This document shows positions 1 through 6,238 of a stretch of DNA of 35,243 nucleotides, one piece after another. The notes under the pieces were generated by a model. The model was not told the DNA's origin, did not search any database, and saw only the letters and a program-made list of their open reading frames with translations. The stretch is from a virus. Both the position numbers and the translations under genes were made by a program. How positions within the stretch are numbered: position 1 is the first letter of the stretch; every line of letters starts with the position of its first letter. Location of the stretch: IMG/VR virus record IMGVR_UViG_3300045988_131290. The stretch is one strand, 5' to 3'.

Positions 1-55
1 AAAAAATACGACATTTTGTCGCATCTGAGGTATATTTTAGATTAAATATCTTAAT
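1..55. repeat. Terminal overlap, identical to 35189..35243 (circular closure of the contig)
   Basis: The string aaaaaatacgacattttgtcgcatctgaggtatattttagattaaatatcttaat occurs at both ends of the window. Confidence 0.95.
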
Positions 56-163
56 TCGTCAAGTTTTTTTTTACATTATGTCGCATTTTGTCGGGCAAAA
101 TCACTATAAATTTACATCAAAAAGTACTATAATTATATTGTGAGTATGTCGACAAATGTTGCA
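9..163. promoter_or_regulatory. Three related candidate operator sites in the divergent switch region (9..23, 80..94, 146..163)
   Basis: The 10-mer CATTTTGTCG is exact at 12..21 and 84..93. The inverted variant CGACAAATGT lies at 150..159, inside the palindrome TGTCGACA (147..154). The sites flank the early promoter and lie upstream of the repressor gene. Confidence 0.45.
34..62 (-). promoter_or_regulatory. Candidate early leftward sigma-A promoter
   Basis: On the minus strand: -35 TTGACG (62..57), 17-nt spacer, -10 TAAAAT (39..34). It points across the circular junction into the early operon that starts at 35167/35212. Confidence 0.55.
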
Positions 164-248
164 ACTTTAACAGTTTTGTAACTTTTAATGTGTTTATGTG
201 ACACACTCAAATGGGGTATAATTGGAGTTATAAGGAGGGATTTAACCA

Positions 249-599
249 ATGAATGAAATCAAATTTGAAACACAGGGTGAACGCTTAAAATATATTCGTA
301 AACAACATAAAAAAACACAAAAACAGATGGGTGAGGCGTTGCATTTATCTAGGGATCATATTTCAAGGTTAGAACGAAATCAATGTAATCCTACCGCATC
401 AACGATAGATCTTTTTTGTAGATTGTTTGGGGTTAATAAAGAATGGATACTTACTGGAAATGGAAGAATGGATAGTGATCTAAGCACACTAGAAAACCAT
501 TACGAATTTAAAGAACTGGCGGATAAAATCATTAATTTACCGCAAGATAAATACGATAAGGTTATGACGCTTTTAAAAATATATTTAGAAGATGAATAA
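249..599 (+). CDS. XRE-family HTH transcriptional repressor (cI-like); no S24 peptidase domain
   Basis: HTH_3-like segment KKTQKQMGEALHLSRDHISRLERNQCNPTASTIDLFCRLFGVNKEW. RBS AGGAGG at 233..238 and TATAAT at 217..222. It is the only + strand gene and diverges from the early operon. Confidence 0.85.
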   Translation: MNEIKFETQGERLKYIRKQHKKTQKQMGEALHLSRDHISRLERNQCNPTASTIDLFCRLFGVNKEWILTGNGRMDSDLSTLENHYEFKELADKIINLPQDKYDKVMTLLKIYLEDE

Positions 600-602
600 A
601 AA

Positions 603-637
603 TAGTGATTGGGGTAATCTCCAATCACTATTTTGTT
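603..637 (+). terminator. Rho-independent terminator of the repressor gene
   Basis: Stem tagtgattgg (603..612) pairs with ccaatcacta (621..630), followed by ttttgtt. Confidence 0.75.
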
Positions 638-780
638 ATAGTAACTTTGTTAGAAATATCAACAAATAAATTCCACCTCTCCCCCCGCAGCAATTCCCCC
701 TATTTTTCGCACCCGTCAAAAACCTATACTGTTGTCAGACCTCTACACTCTCGACCACTCTCATTATTGGAAAATCAAAA

Positions 781-804
781 ATGCAACCCCTCTCGAGGTT
801 GCAT
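781..804. terminator. Hairpin with T-runs on both strands (possible bidirectional terminator)
   Basis: atgcaacc (781..788) pairs with ggttgcat (797..804). It is flanked by aaaa on the 5' side and tttta on the 3' side. Confidence 0.55.
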
Positions 805-816
805 TTTATACCTATA

Positions 817-850
817 CCCTCTCGATAGTGGATCACTTATCGAAAGAGGG
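817..850. terminator. Imperfect hairpin just downstream of the 853..1119 stop codon
   Basis: ccctctcgata pairs with tatcgaaagaggg (one bulge). On the + strand it is followed by gtttattgtcttttt. Confidence 0.4.
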
Positions 851-852
851 GT

Positions 853-1119
853 TTATTGTCTTTTTATACTTATTAAGATATAGTTTAATCCGTCTAATTT
901 AACCGTGGTGATATTGTTTTTTTCATCAATATCAGATGTAAAGCGAACAGATCCACGGTTTAAAACTAACTGCGAGTTGCAATTCTCAAATATTAAAAAA
1001 TCCCTATCGAATCTAAACGTACACTCACTCATAATCGTACTCCCATGATCATGGTGAAATGTAACATTGAATATTGTATCAGTTAACAAGTGATTTAATT
1101 TTCTAACATGGGCATTCAT
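853..1119 (-). CDS. Hypothetical protein (88 aa), last gene of the accessory cassette
   Basis: ORF with a strong RBS (AAGGAGGGG, 5 nt before the ATG). Its start overlaps the end of the upstream HNH gene. Confidence 0.65.
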   Translation of the reverse strand: MNAHVRKLNHLLTDTIFNVTFHHDHGSTIMSECTFRFDRDFLIFENCNSQLVLNRGSVRFTSDIDEKNNITTVKLDGLNYILISIKRQ

Positions 1120-1480
1120 GATTACCCCTCCTTAATTTATAATCTAAATTATCAATATTATTATCAAGTTTGTCATGGTTCTTATGGATAACCTTATAAT
1201 ATCTTTTATCCGCTACCCCTTTAAAACATTGGATAACTAAATCGTGTACGTAAAGATCTGCACGTTGTTTTCCTCTATATAAAGATACTCGTTTATATCC
1301 TTTAACTTCGTATTGAGATAATTCTCTAAATTTCGTAATCGTTGTTTTAGATCCGTCATATGTAGTATAAGTATATTTTCTTTTAGCACTTATAACTCGT
1401 CCAAATGTAGTAATAAAATAACCTTCCCAGTATGGAATCGGTGTCACTTGTTCTCCTGTTTGTAACATTCTAGTAATCAT
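1103..1480 (-). CDS. NUMOD4/HNH_3-type HNH endonuclease (homing-endonuclease-like)
   Basis: NUMOD4-like IPYWEGYFITTFGRVIS. HNH_3-like VHDLVIQCF ... VIHKNHDKLDNNIDNL. Confidence 0.75.
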   Translation of the reverse strand: MITRMLQTGEQVTPIPYWEGYFITTFGRVISAKRKYTYTTYDGSKTTITKFRELSQYEVKGYKRVSLYRGKQRADLYVHDLVIQCFKGVADKRYYKVIHKNHDKLDNNIDNLDYKLRRGNHECPC

Positions 1481-2063
1481 CTATCGTAAATCCTTTCTCA
1501 TTGTCATTTTCCGCTTTTCTTTGATTGTAAAGATATTCTTGCATTAATCCGTCAGCATCACCGCTTAAAATCTTTTCTCGAACGTAATTGTCATATATAT
1601 TATTATCTAGTATAAACTTAGTTCGTTTTGCAAATTGATGTCCTTCTTTTAGTGCTACTTTTTCACTTTCAACAATCAAGATCCCTATTCTATAAAGTAT
1701 ATCCTTATAGATCATGTCGTCAATTGGAGCTTGTTCATCTTTACATATCTTTAATATTTCCTGTATGTTCTTGTATTGCGTTTGGAACATATCAGAACGT
1801 TGAAAGTTATATTGATGCCTTGCCATGTTGTCTGTGGCAGCCTGTATTGCTTTTAAATTAAGATCCTCTTTAACTCTATGTCCCAGTACCTCATATTTGT
1901 AATCAGTTACGAATTTAAAGGGTTCGTAATCTGTTAGGTTTAATAATTCTTTGGATACTTTTATAAATAACTCTAGCAATGTAATTGCTAGATAGGAGCT
2001 AAATTTCAAAACCTTTAATATTAATCGTAAGATCTCCCAATATGTGTTTTGTGTATTATCCAT
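1470..2063 (-). CDS. Hypothetical protein (197 aa) with a hydrophobic N-terminal helix
   Basis: ORF with RBS AGGGGG. Its stop overlaps the HNH start. No motif recognised. Confidence 0.65.
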   Translation of the reverse strand: MDNTQNTYWEILRLILKVLKFSSYLAITLLELFIKVSKELLNLTDYEPFKFVTDYKYEVLGHRVKEDLNLKAIQAATDNMARHQYNFQRSDMFQTQYKNIQEILKICKDEQAPIDDMIYKDILYRIGILIVESEKVALKEGHQFAKRTKFILDNNIYDNYVREKILSGDADGLMQEYLYNQRKAENDNEKGFTIDDY

Positions 2064-2080
2064 AATTTAGCCCCCTAATC

Positions 2081-2281
2081 TTAATATAATCTAAATCTGA
2101 AAAATTCAATACAGATTACATTTATTAAACTGATGCTGAATTTAACAATTGTTGTAATTCCGAATATTGCAATTCCGATTACTAAAGTGATTAAGATCAA
2201 ACCGATTACAGTTCCAACCATACCTCTTTTTTTCTCCAGTTCCTCTAAGTTATTCATTACTGTCACTATTATATTTTCCAT
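2081..2281 (-). CDS. Small membrane protein (66 aa)
   Basis: Hydrophobic stretch MVGTVIGLILITLVIGIAIFGITTIV. First gene of the accessory cassette. Confidence 0.55.
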   Translation of the reverse strand: MENIIVTVMNNLEELEKKRGMVGTVIGLILITLVIGIAIFGITTIVKFSISLINVICIEFFRFRLY

Positions 2282-2319
2282 TTTCTAATATACCTCACTT
2301 GATTTATTTATTTGTTTGG

Positions 2320-2354
2320 TGTATATTAGATGTTACCAAGCAATCTAATATACA
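2320..2354. repeat. 12-bp perfect inverted repeat (candidate operator or RNA hairpin)
   Basis: tgtatattagat (2320..2331) and atctaatataca (2343..2354). A third related half-site tctaatatac lies at 2285..2294. Confidence 0.5.
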
Positions 2355-2367
2355 ACTATATTAGTAA

Positions 2368-2397
2368 AGGGCGATTTGACCACCAATCAGTCGCCCT
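2368..2397. terminator. Terminator hairpin downstream of parR
   Basis: agggcga (2368..2374) pairs with tcgccct (2391..2397). The T-run is strong on the + strand and weaker (ttt) on the minus strand. Confidence 0.55.
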
Positions 2398-2409
2398 TTT
2401 TCTTTTACC

Positions 2410-2772
2410 TTAATTTAATATATCGTCGTCTAAATCTATATCGTCATCTTCTTCTGACGTATGAATTATACTTTTATCATCATCTTCTGATTGTGATGCT
2501 GCTGGAGCTACTGTTTGTACTGCTTGTTGTGCAGTTAATGTCGATGCTAACATTCCATCAAGTGTATTTACCTTTTCAGTTAATATTGACTCTGCAAATA
2601 TTCTATTTAGTTGAGTTGGGGGAATAACTCCCTCAACTTCCAACATTATTTCGAAAGCCTTCTTTGCATTTTTAGACTTTCCATACTTACCGTCTTTATT
2701 GAGATATTCCCACATTAGCCTTTCAGTTTCATTTTCTGTATTAAAGTATAAACTTAATCTTTCGTTTGCCAT
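2410..2772 (-). CDS. parR: ParR-like centromere-binding adaptor (putative RHH N-terminus, acidic C-terminal tail)
   Basis: Lies immediately downstream of parM. The N-terminus ERLSLYF followed by a helix is RHH-like. The C-terminus is SEDDDKSIIHTSEEDDDIDLDDDILN. Confidence 0.6.
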   Translation of the reverse strand: MANERLSLYFNTENETERLMWEYLNKDGKYGKSKNAKKAFEIMLEVEGVIPPTQLNRIFAESILTEKVNTLDGMLASTLTAQQAVQTVAPAASQSEDDDKSIIHTSEEDDDIDLDDDILN

Positions 2773-2773
2773 A

Positions 2774-3673
2774 TTATAACCAACCTTTCGCCTTTGCTAT
2801 TCTTCTTTTACCTTTATTATTTGAGTGCATCGGATTTTCTAAGAACATATAATTTTTATTATATCCTTCAATCGCCCTTCTAAAGTCAATTGATCCTCCA
2901 CCTGTAAACACTATTAATTTACCTAATCCTAAATTGAATGAATTTTTCATCTTATTCATTAACTCTTTTATGAACTCGTCCTCAAGTTCTTCATAAACTG
3001 GAATAACTCCCGTTTGTATATAATGTCTTACCTCATGTGTTTCTACATTTTGACCATGCTCATTATTGAATTTTGCTTTAACCCTATTGTAAAAATCTAT
3101 CGTTCCCGCTGGGAAGGTATCTTTATTTACAATTCTTTTGTTTTTATACTCTACGACGTTTGTTGTGCGTCCTCCAATATCTATTATTATTACATCTTTT
3201 GCTCTTTCTTCTTTAGGCAGCATATAGTAACTCGAGATACCCTCTCCTACGATTACCACATCTTCAATGTGAATTGTTTTTTCTTCCGTAGTTTTGAAAG
3301 TGAATGATTTTCCGATAAGATCTCCTTTGATCTTGTCGCTTTGTCCTAGTGAATTTATAGGTAAACCTAATATTAATCGGACGTGTTCTCCGTCTTTCAC
3401 TCCCGACTTATCTAGTCCCCAAAGTAAGTTTGGCATATAGTCTTTTTGAGCTTTATTATATTCACCGTCAAAATCTTTTTCGTATTCCATACGAAAAGCC
3501 TTATCTTTATATTCTAGTACTGTTTTCTCGCTTGTGTCTGCTGCGTCGTATTCTTCGAACGTCGATATAAACTGGAAGTCCTCTCCGTCAACTTGTCCTT
3601 TTGTGTTGTAGTTTCCTAAATCTATTATTCTTGTTACTATATTGTTTAATTCTTGTATTAAATTTTTTGTCAT
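2774..3673 (-). CDS. parM: ParM/Alp-family actin-like plasmid segregation ATPase
   Basis: Actin-fold motifs: phosphate-1 IIDLGNYNTKG, phosphate-2 IIIDIGGRTTNV, adenosine VFTGGGS. Confidence 0.85.
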   Translation of the reverse strand: MTKNLIQELNNIVTRIIDLGNYNTKGQVDGEDFQFISTFEEYDAADTSEKTVLEYKDKAFRMEYEKDFDGEYNKAQKDYMPNLLWGLDKSGVKDGEHVRLILGLPINSLGQSDKIKGDLIGKSFTFKTTEEKTIHIEDVVIVGEGISSYYMLPKEERAKDVIIIDIGGRTTNVVEYKNKRIVNKDTFPAGTIDFYNRVKAKFNNEHGQNVETHEVRHYIQTGVIPVYEELEDEFIKELMNKMKNSFNLGLGKLIVFTGGGSIDFRRAIEGYNKNYMFLENPMHSNNKGKRRIAKAKGWL

Positions 3674-3724
3674 TGTATTAATCCTCTTTTCTTTTATTTT
3701 AATTTTACCTGTTTTAAATTTTTA

Positions 3725-4177
3725 TTATCTTTCGTGTTGACGTTCTTCTTCGTCACAAAGTGCTTTAGTCATTTCTTTACGTTCTTTCCAACTTGCATAT
3801 TTGAATTTAGTAGAGTTTTCTAATTCCTTTTTTTGTCTTGCAAACTCTTTAAGGTGATTTTCTCTAGCGTTTAAATCATATATGAACTCGTCGCAGTTCG
3901 TACATTTTTTCCAAAGTCCAATTTCATGGTCGTGTTCTAAATCTCCTTCACATCTTTTACAATCGCTTAAACAAACTTTTGTATATTCTCCACAGTTTGA
4001 ACATTTAGCAAATACTGGTTCGACTTCTTCTGCGTCAACTTCATTTGCCCACTCTGTTAAAGTTCCACCAGTTATTGAATCGGCAATTCCGAATCCAATA
4101 CTTAAAGTTAATGTTGCAGCCATGCAAACACCATATCCTATTGCTATTTTCTTTAGTATCTTTTTATTAATTTTCAT
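3725..4177 (-). CDS. Membrane-anchored Cys-rich (double zinc-ribbon-like) protein
   Basis: N-terminal TM segment IAIGYGVCMAATLTLSIGFGI, then CSNCGEYTKVCLSDCKRC and CTNCDEF. It lies 51 bp upstream of parM with no obvious intervening promoter. Confidence 0.65.
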   Translation of the reverse strand: MKINKKILKKIAIGYGVCMAATLTLSIGFGIADSITGGTLTEWANEVDAEEVEPVFAKCSNCGEYTKVCLSDCKRCEGDLEHDHEIGLWKKCTNCDEFIYDLNARENHLKEFARQKKELENSTKFKYASWKERKEMTKALCDEEERQHER

Positions 4178-4232
4178 TTTTGGTCAATCCTCTATTATAT
4201 TTAGTAGTCGTCTGTCACCCGACTACTCTTAT

Positions 4233-4261
4233 ATAGTAACATATCCTGTTTTTTGCGTCAA
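4233..4261 (-). promoter_or_regulatory. Candidate promoter of the Zn-ribbon/parM/parR operon
   Basis: On the minus strand: -35 TTGACG (4261..4256), 17-nt spacer, TGt-extended -10 TACTAT (4238..4233). Confidence 0.45.
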
Positions 4262-4265
4262 TACT

Positions 4266-4400
4266 TTTCAACGTTATTTTTATGTTTTTTTATGTATAAC
4301 AACGTTGAAATATTGATATTACTATGTTTTAATTCAATTTTTCTAGGATTTTATTTATTATTTTAACGTTTATTTTATGTTTTTTAATGTCTTTTTATGT
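4266..4400. repeat. Candidate parC/operator repeats
   Basis: 10-bp inverted repeat TTTCAACGTT (4266..4275) / AACGTTGAAA (4301..4310). TTTTATGT repeats at 4278, 4288, 4373, 4393, with the variant ttttaatgt at 4382. Spacing within each cluster is 9-11 bp. Each cluster is adjacent to an AACGTT (4270, 4301, 4365). Confidence 0.45.
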
Positions 4401-4416
4401 TTTATACCGTTAATCA

Positions 4417-5526
4417 CTATTTTGGAATTTCTAAACCATGTGCTTTTGCATATTCTGTTATGGCATATCTTGTTACTTGCGATAGGATAACGTCCATACC
4501 CTGTTCTATAGCTAGTTTATACGCATCTTTATACGCATCATACATAGTGTTTACTTCATTAACACAAACGTCCACCACGTCCTCTGTGGCATCTTCTAAT
4601 ACTTCACTTGGTAAATCATAGTCTGATATATCCATTTGCCCCTCTACGTTGCCATTAGGAGTATAATAAATATCTTCTAAAGTAACATCATCATTTATCA
4701 TTGACTCGTCAAAAGCTCCAGCAGTAACTTCTACTGGATTTATTGAATGTCCGTTCTCGTCAAGTCCAGCAGCAGCATATTCTTCTTTTAACTTTTTAGT
4801 TAATACTTTAGTTTGAATCTTGTTTCTATATGTATCGGCATCTTTATTATATTGATCTAATGTTGTTATACCTTTTTCTTTAAGTGCTGCAAATGTAGCT
4901 TTTAAGTACGCATATTTCTTTTTAACGTCGTCAGATCCAGCAGCAGCGAACACTTCTCCAAATACTCCAAGATCAAAGTCGTTAACGTAAGATAATATTA
5001 GATCTTTTGTTTGGGGCATTACTCTTTTTTCTATGTGGCTATTTTTATAAAGATCAAGTAACGCAGTTTCCTTTTGATTATATGTATTTGATTTATGTTT
5101 TGGGGCAGCAGCACACGATTTAAGATCTTTCAGCGGTACTGGTAAAAAATTACCTTGTTCGTCTTGTATGAAGTCTTGTATTCCGTTTCTCTCGCTTACT
5201 GGTATTGGTTTCGCATATACGAAATATTTATACCCGCACATTCTCCCTTTAATATCTCTTAATCTTATTCTTGATATATAACCGAATTGTTCCAGCTCTT
5301 TAAGTCCCCTCGCTATTGAGTCCCTACCGTCTTTTAAAGATGATACTAAAGACTTAACATATATTTTATGTTTACTTGAATTTCTGTACTGTACGATCTT
5401 GCAATAGATCCCTATTGCCTTAGCTGATATATTTGTTTCATTCAAAATTGAATTATCTAATGTAGTATAATTACTTTCGTATGTCGAATATTCAAATGAA
5501 GTTTGGTTATAAAAATTATTATTCAT
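4417..5526 (-). CDS. Replication initiator / replisome organiser with a DnaD-like domain
   Basis: N-terminal winged-helix-like segment SIARGLKELEQFGYISRIR. DnaD/DnaB_2-like segment LILSYVNDFDLGVFGEVFAAAGSDDVKKKYAYLKATFAALKEKG. RBS GAGGAG. Confidence 0.7.
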   Translation of the reverse strand: MNNNFYNQTSFEYSTYESNYTTLDNSILNETNISAKAIGIYCKIVQYRNSSKHKIYVKSLVSSLKDGRDSIARGLKELEQFGYISRIRLRDIKGRMCGYKYFVYAKPIPVSERNGIQDFIQDEQGNFLPVPLKDLKSCAAAPKHKSNTYNQKETALLDLYKNSHIEKRVMPQTKDLILSYVNDFDLGVFGEVFAAAGSDDVKKKYAYLKATFAALKEKGITTLDQYNKDADTYRNKIQTKVLTKKLKEEYAAAGLDENGHSINPVEVTAGAFDESMINDDVTLEDIYYTPNGNVEGQMDISDYDLPSEVLEDATEDVVDVCVNEVNTMYDAYKDAYKLAIEQGMDVILSQVTRYAITEYAKAHGLEIPK

Positions 5527-5594
5527 AGTGCAATATCTCCTCTTTTATATTTCATATATTTTAAATTGTTTTAATCTCGAATCATTCTATGTAC

Positions 5595-5622
5595 TTGCAT
5601 TTATTTTTAAATGTGATATAAT
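5595..5622 (+). promoter_or_regulatory. Strong + strand promoter inside the rep leader
   Basis: -35 TTGCAT (5595..5600), 16-nt spacer, extended -10 TGaTATAAT (5614..5622). Confidence 0.6.
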
Positions 5623-5685
5623 TAAAGTACATTGTTTAAAAAAAAATCTTGTATTAAAATGTAGTGACTCCTTCACTACATTCTA

Positions 5686-5729
5686 ATGATAACACATATA
5701 ACGTTGAAGTCAATATCTCTAACGTTATA
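5686..5729 (-). promoter_or_regulatory. Candidate rep promoter embedded in an AACGTT inverted repeat
   Basis: On the minus strand: -35 TTGACT (5713..5708), 16-nt spacer, TGt-extended -10 TATCAT (5691..5686). The inverted repeat TATAACGTT (5697..5705) / AACGTTATA (5721..5729) brackets the -35. Confidence 0.5.
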
Positions 5730-5746
5730 AAAATTGTTTTAATCTT

Positions 5747-5775
5747 AAACCCGTTCTTAATTGAGCGGGTTTTTT
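5747..5775 (+). terminator. Plus-strand rho-independent terminator
   Basis: aaacccgttc (5747..5756) pairs with gagcgggttt (5763..5772) with one G-U pair, followed by a T-run to 5775. There is no T-run on the minus strand. Confidence 0.65.
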
Positions 5776-5798
5776 GTTGCAATTACTCACTTTTTGAA

Positions 5799-5834
5799 TA
5801 AAAAAGTCCCCCCACAAAATTATTCGTGGGGGGA
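5799..5834 (-). terminator. Strong rho-independent terminator after the 5858..6157 gene
   Basis: Minus strand: tccccccac, loop, gtgggggga, then cttttttatt. Confidence 0.8.
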
Positions 5835-5857
5835 TAAATTTTAATGAGGTTACAAAA

Positions 5858-6157
5858 TTATTTATCTATAGTTTCAAGTTCTTCAATGGCTTTTAACAGT
5901 ACTTCAAATATAGAACTTGGATTGTTGACATTATCTTTATTATCTTTTTTTACATCTTGGATCTCATCATGTATGCGTTGTATTTTTATAGCTTTTCTAA
6001 CATGGCTAAATACATTATCGAAATTATCCCCTGTTTCGTCGGCTACCGCTTGACATATCTTTGATGTTAGTATTGCTAATTCCTCTAATACATCACCGCA
6101 CCCACCGTTTAATTGTATTTCGCATGAACCTTTTTTTTCGATATATGCTTTGATCAT
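5858..6157 (-). CDS. Hypothetical protein (about 100 aa) in a self-contained transcription unit
   Basis: Preferred start is MIKAYIEKK at 6157 with a GGAG RBS. The candidate promoter at 6210..6238 lies inside the longer ORF-track version (to 6253). Confidence 0.6.
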   Translation of the reverse strand: MIKAYIEKKGSCEIQLNGGCGDVLEELAILTSKICQAVADETGDNFDNVFSHVRKAIKIQRIHDEIQDVKKDNKDNVNNPSSIFEVLLKAIEELETIDK

Positions 6158-6209
6158 CTTTTCAATCTCCTTAATTAAAAAATATGTGGTTTGCCTTTCG
6201 ACATTTAAG

Positions 6210-6238
6210 ATAATATCATAGAGACAAATAAAGTGCAA
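6210..6238 (-). promoter_or_regulatory. Candidate promoter for the 5858..6157 gene
   Basis: On the minus strand: -35 TTGCAC (6238..6233), 17-nt spacer, TGa-extended -10 TATTAT (6215..6210). Confidence 0.5.

Larger units (their letters stand above)
5629..5776 (+). ncRNA. Putative ~150-nt countertranscript (antisense to the rep leader and promoter)
   Basis: Bounded by the + strand promoter at 5595..5622 and a + strand-specific intrinsic terminator at 5747..5775. Contains a 10-bp hairpin at 5658..5682 with a CTCCT loop. No credible ORF inside. Confidence 0.45.

Noticed and set aside
605-883. 92-aa + strand ORF after the repressor gene
   Set aside because: It begins inside the repressor terminator, crosses two further hairpins and has no RBS. 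Its Pro/Ser-rich product reflects the local C-richness. It is treated as non-coding and reported as a finding instead.
1103-1480. HNH gene as part of a group I intron or intein insertion
   Set aside because: It is a free-standing ORF between other small ORFs. No split host gene or intron-like structured flanks are visible.
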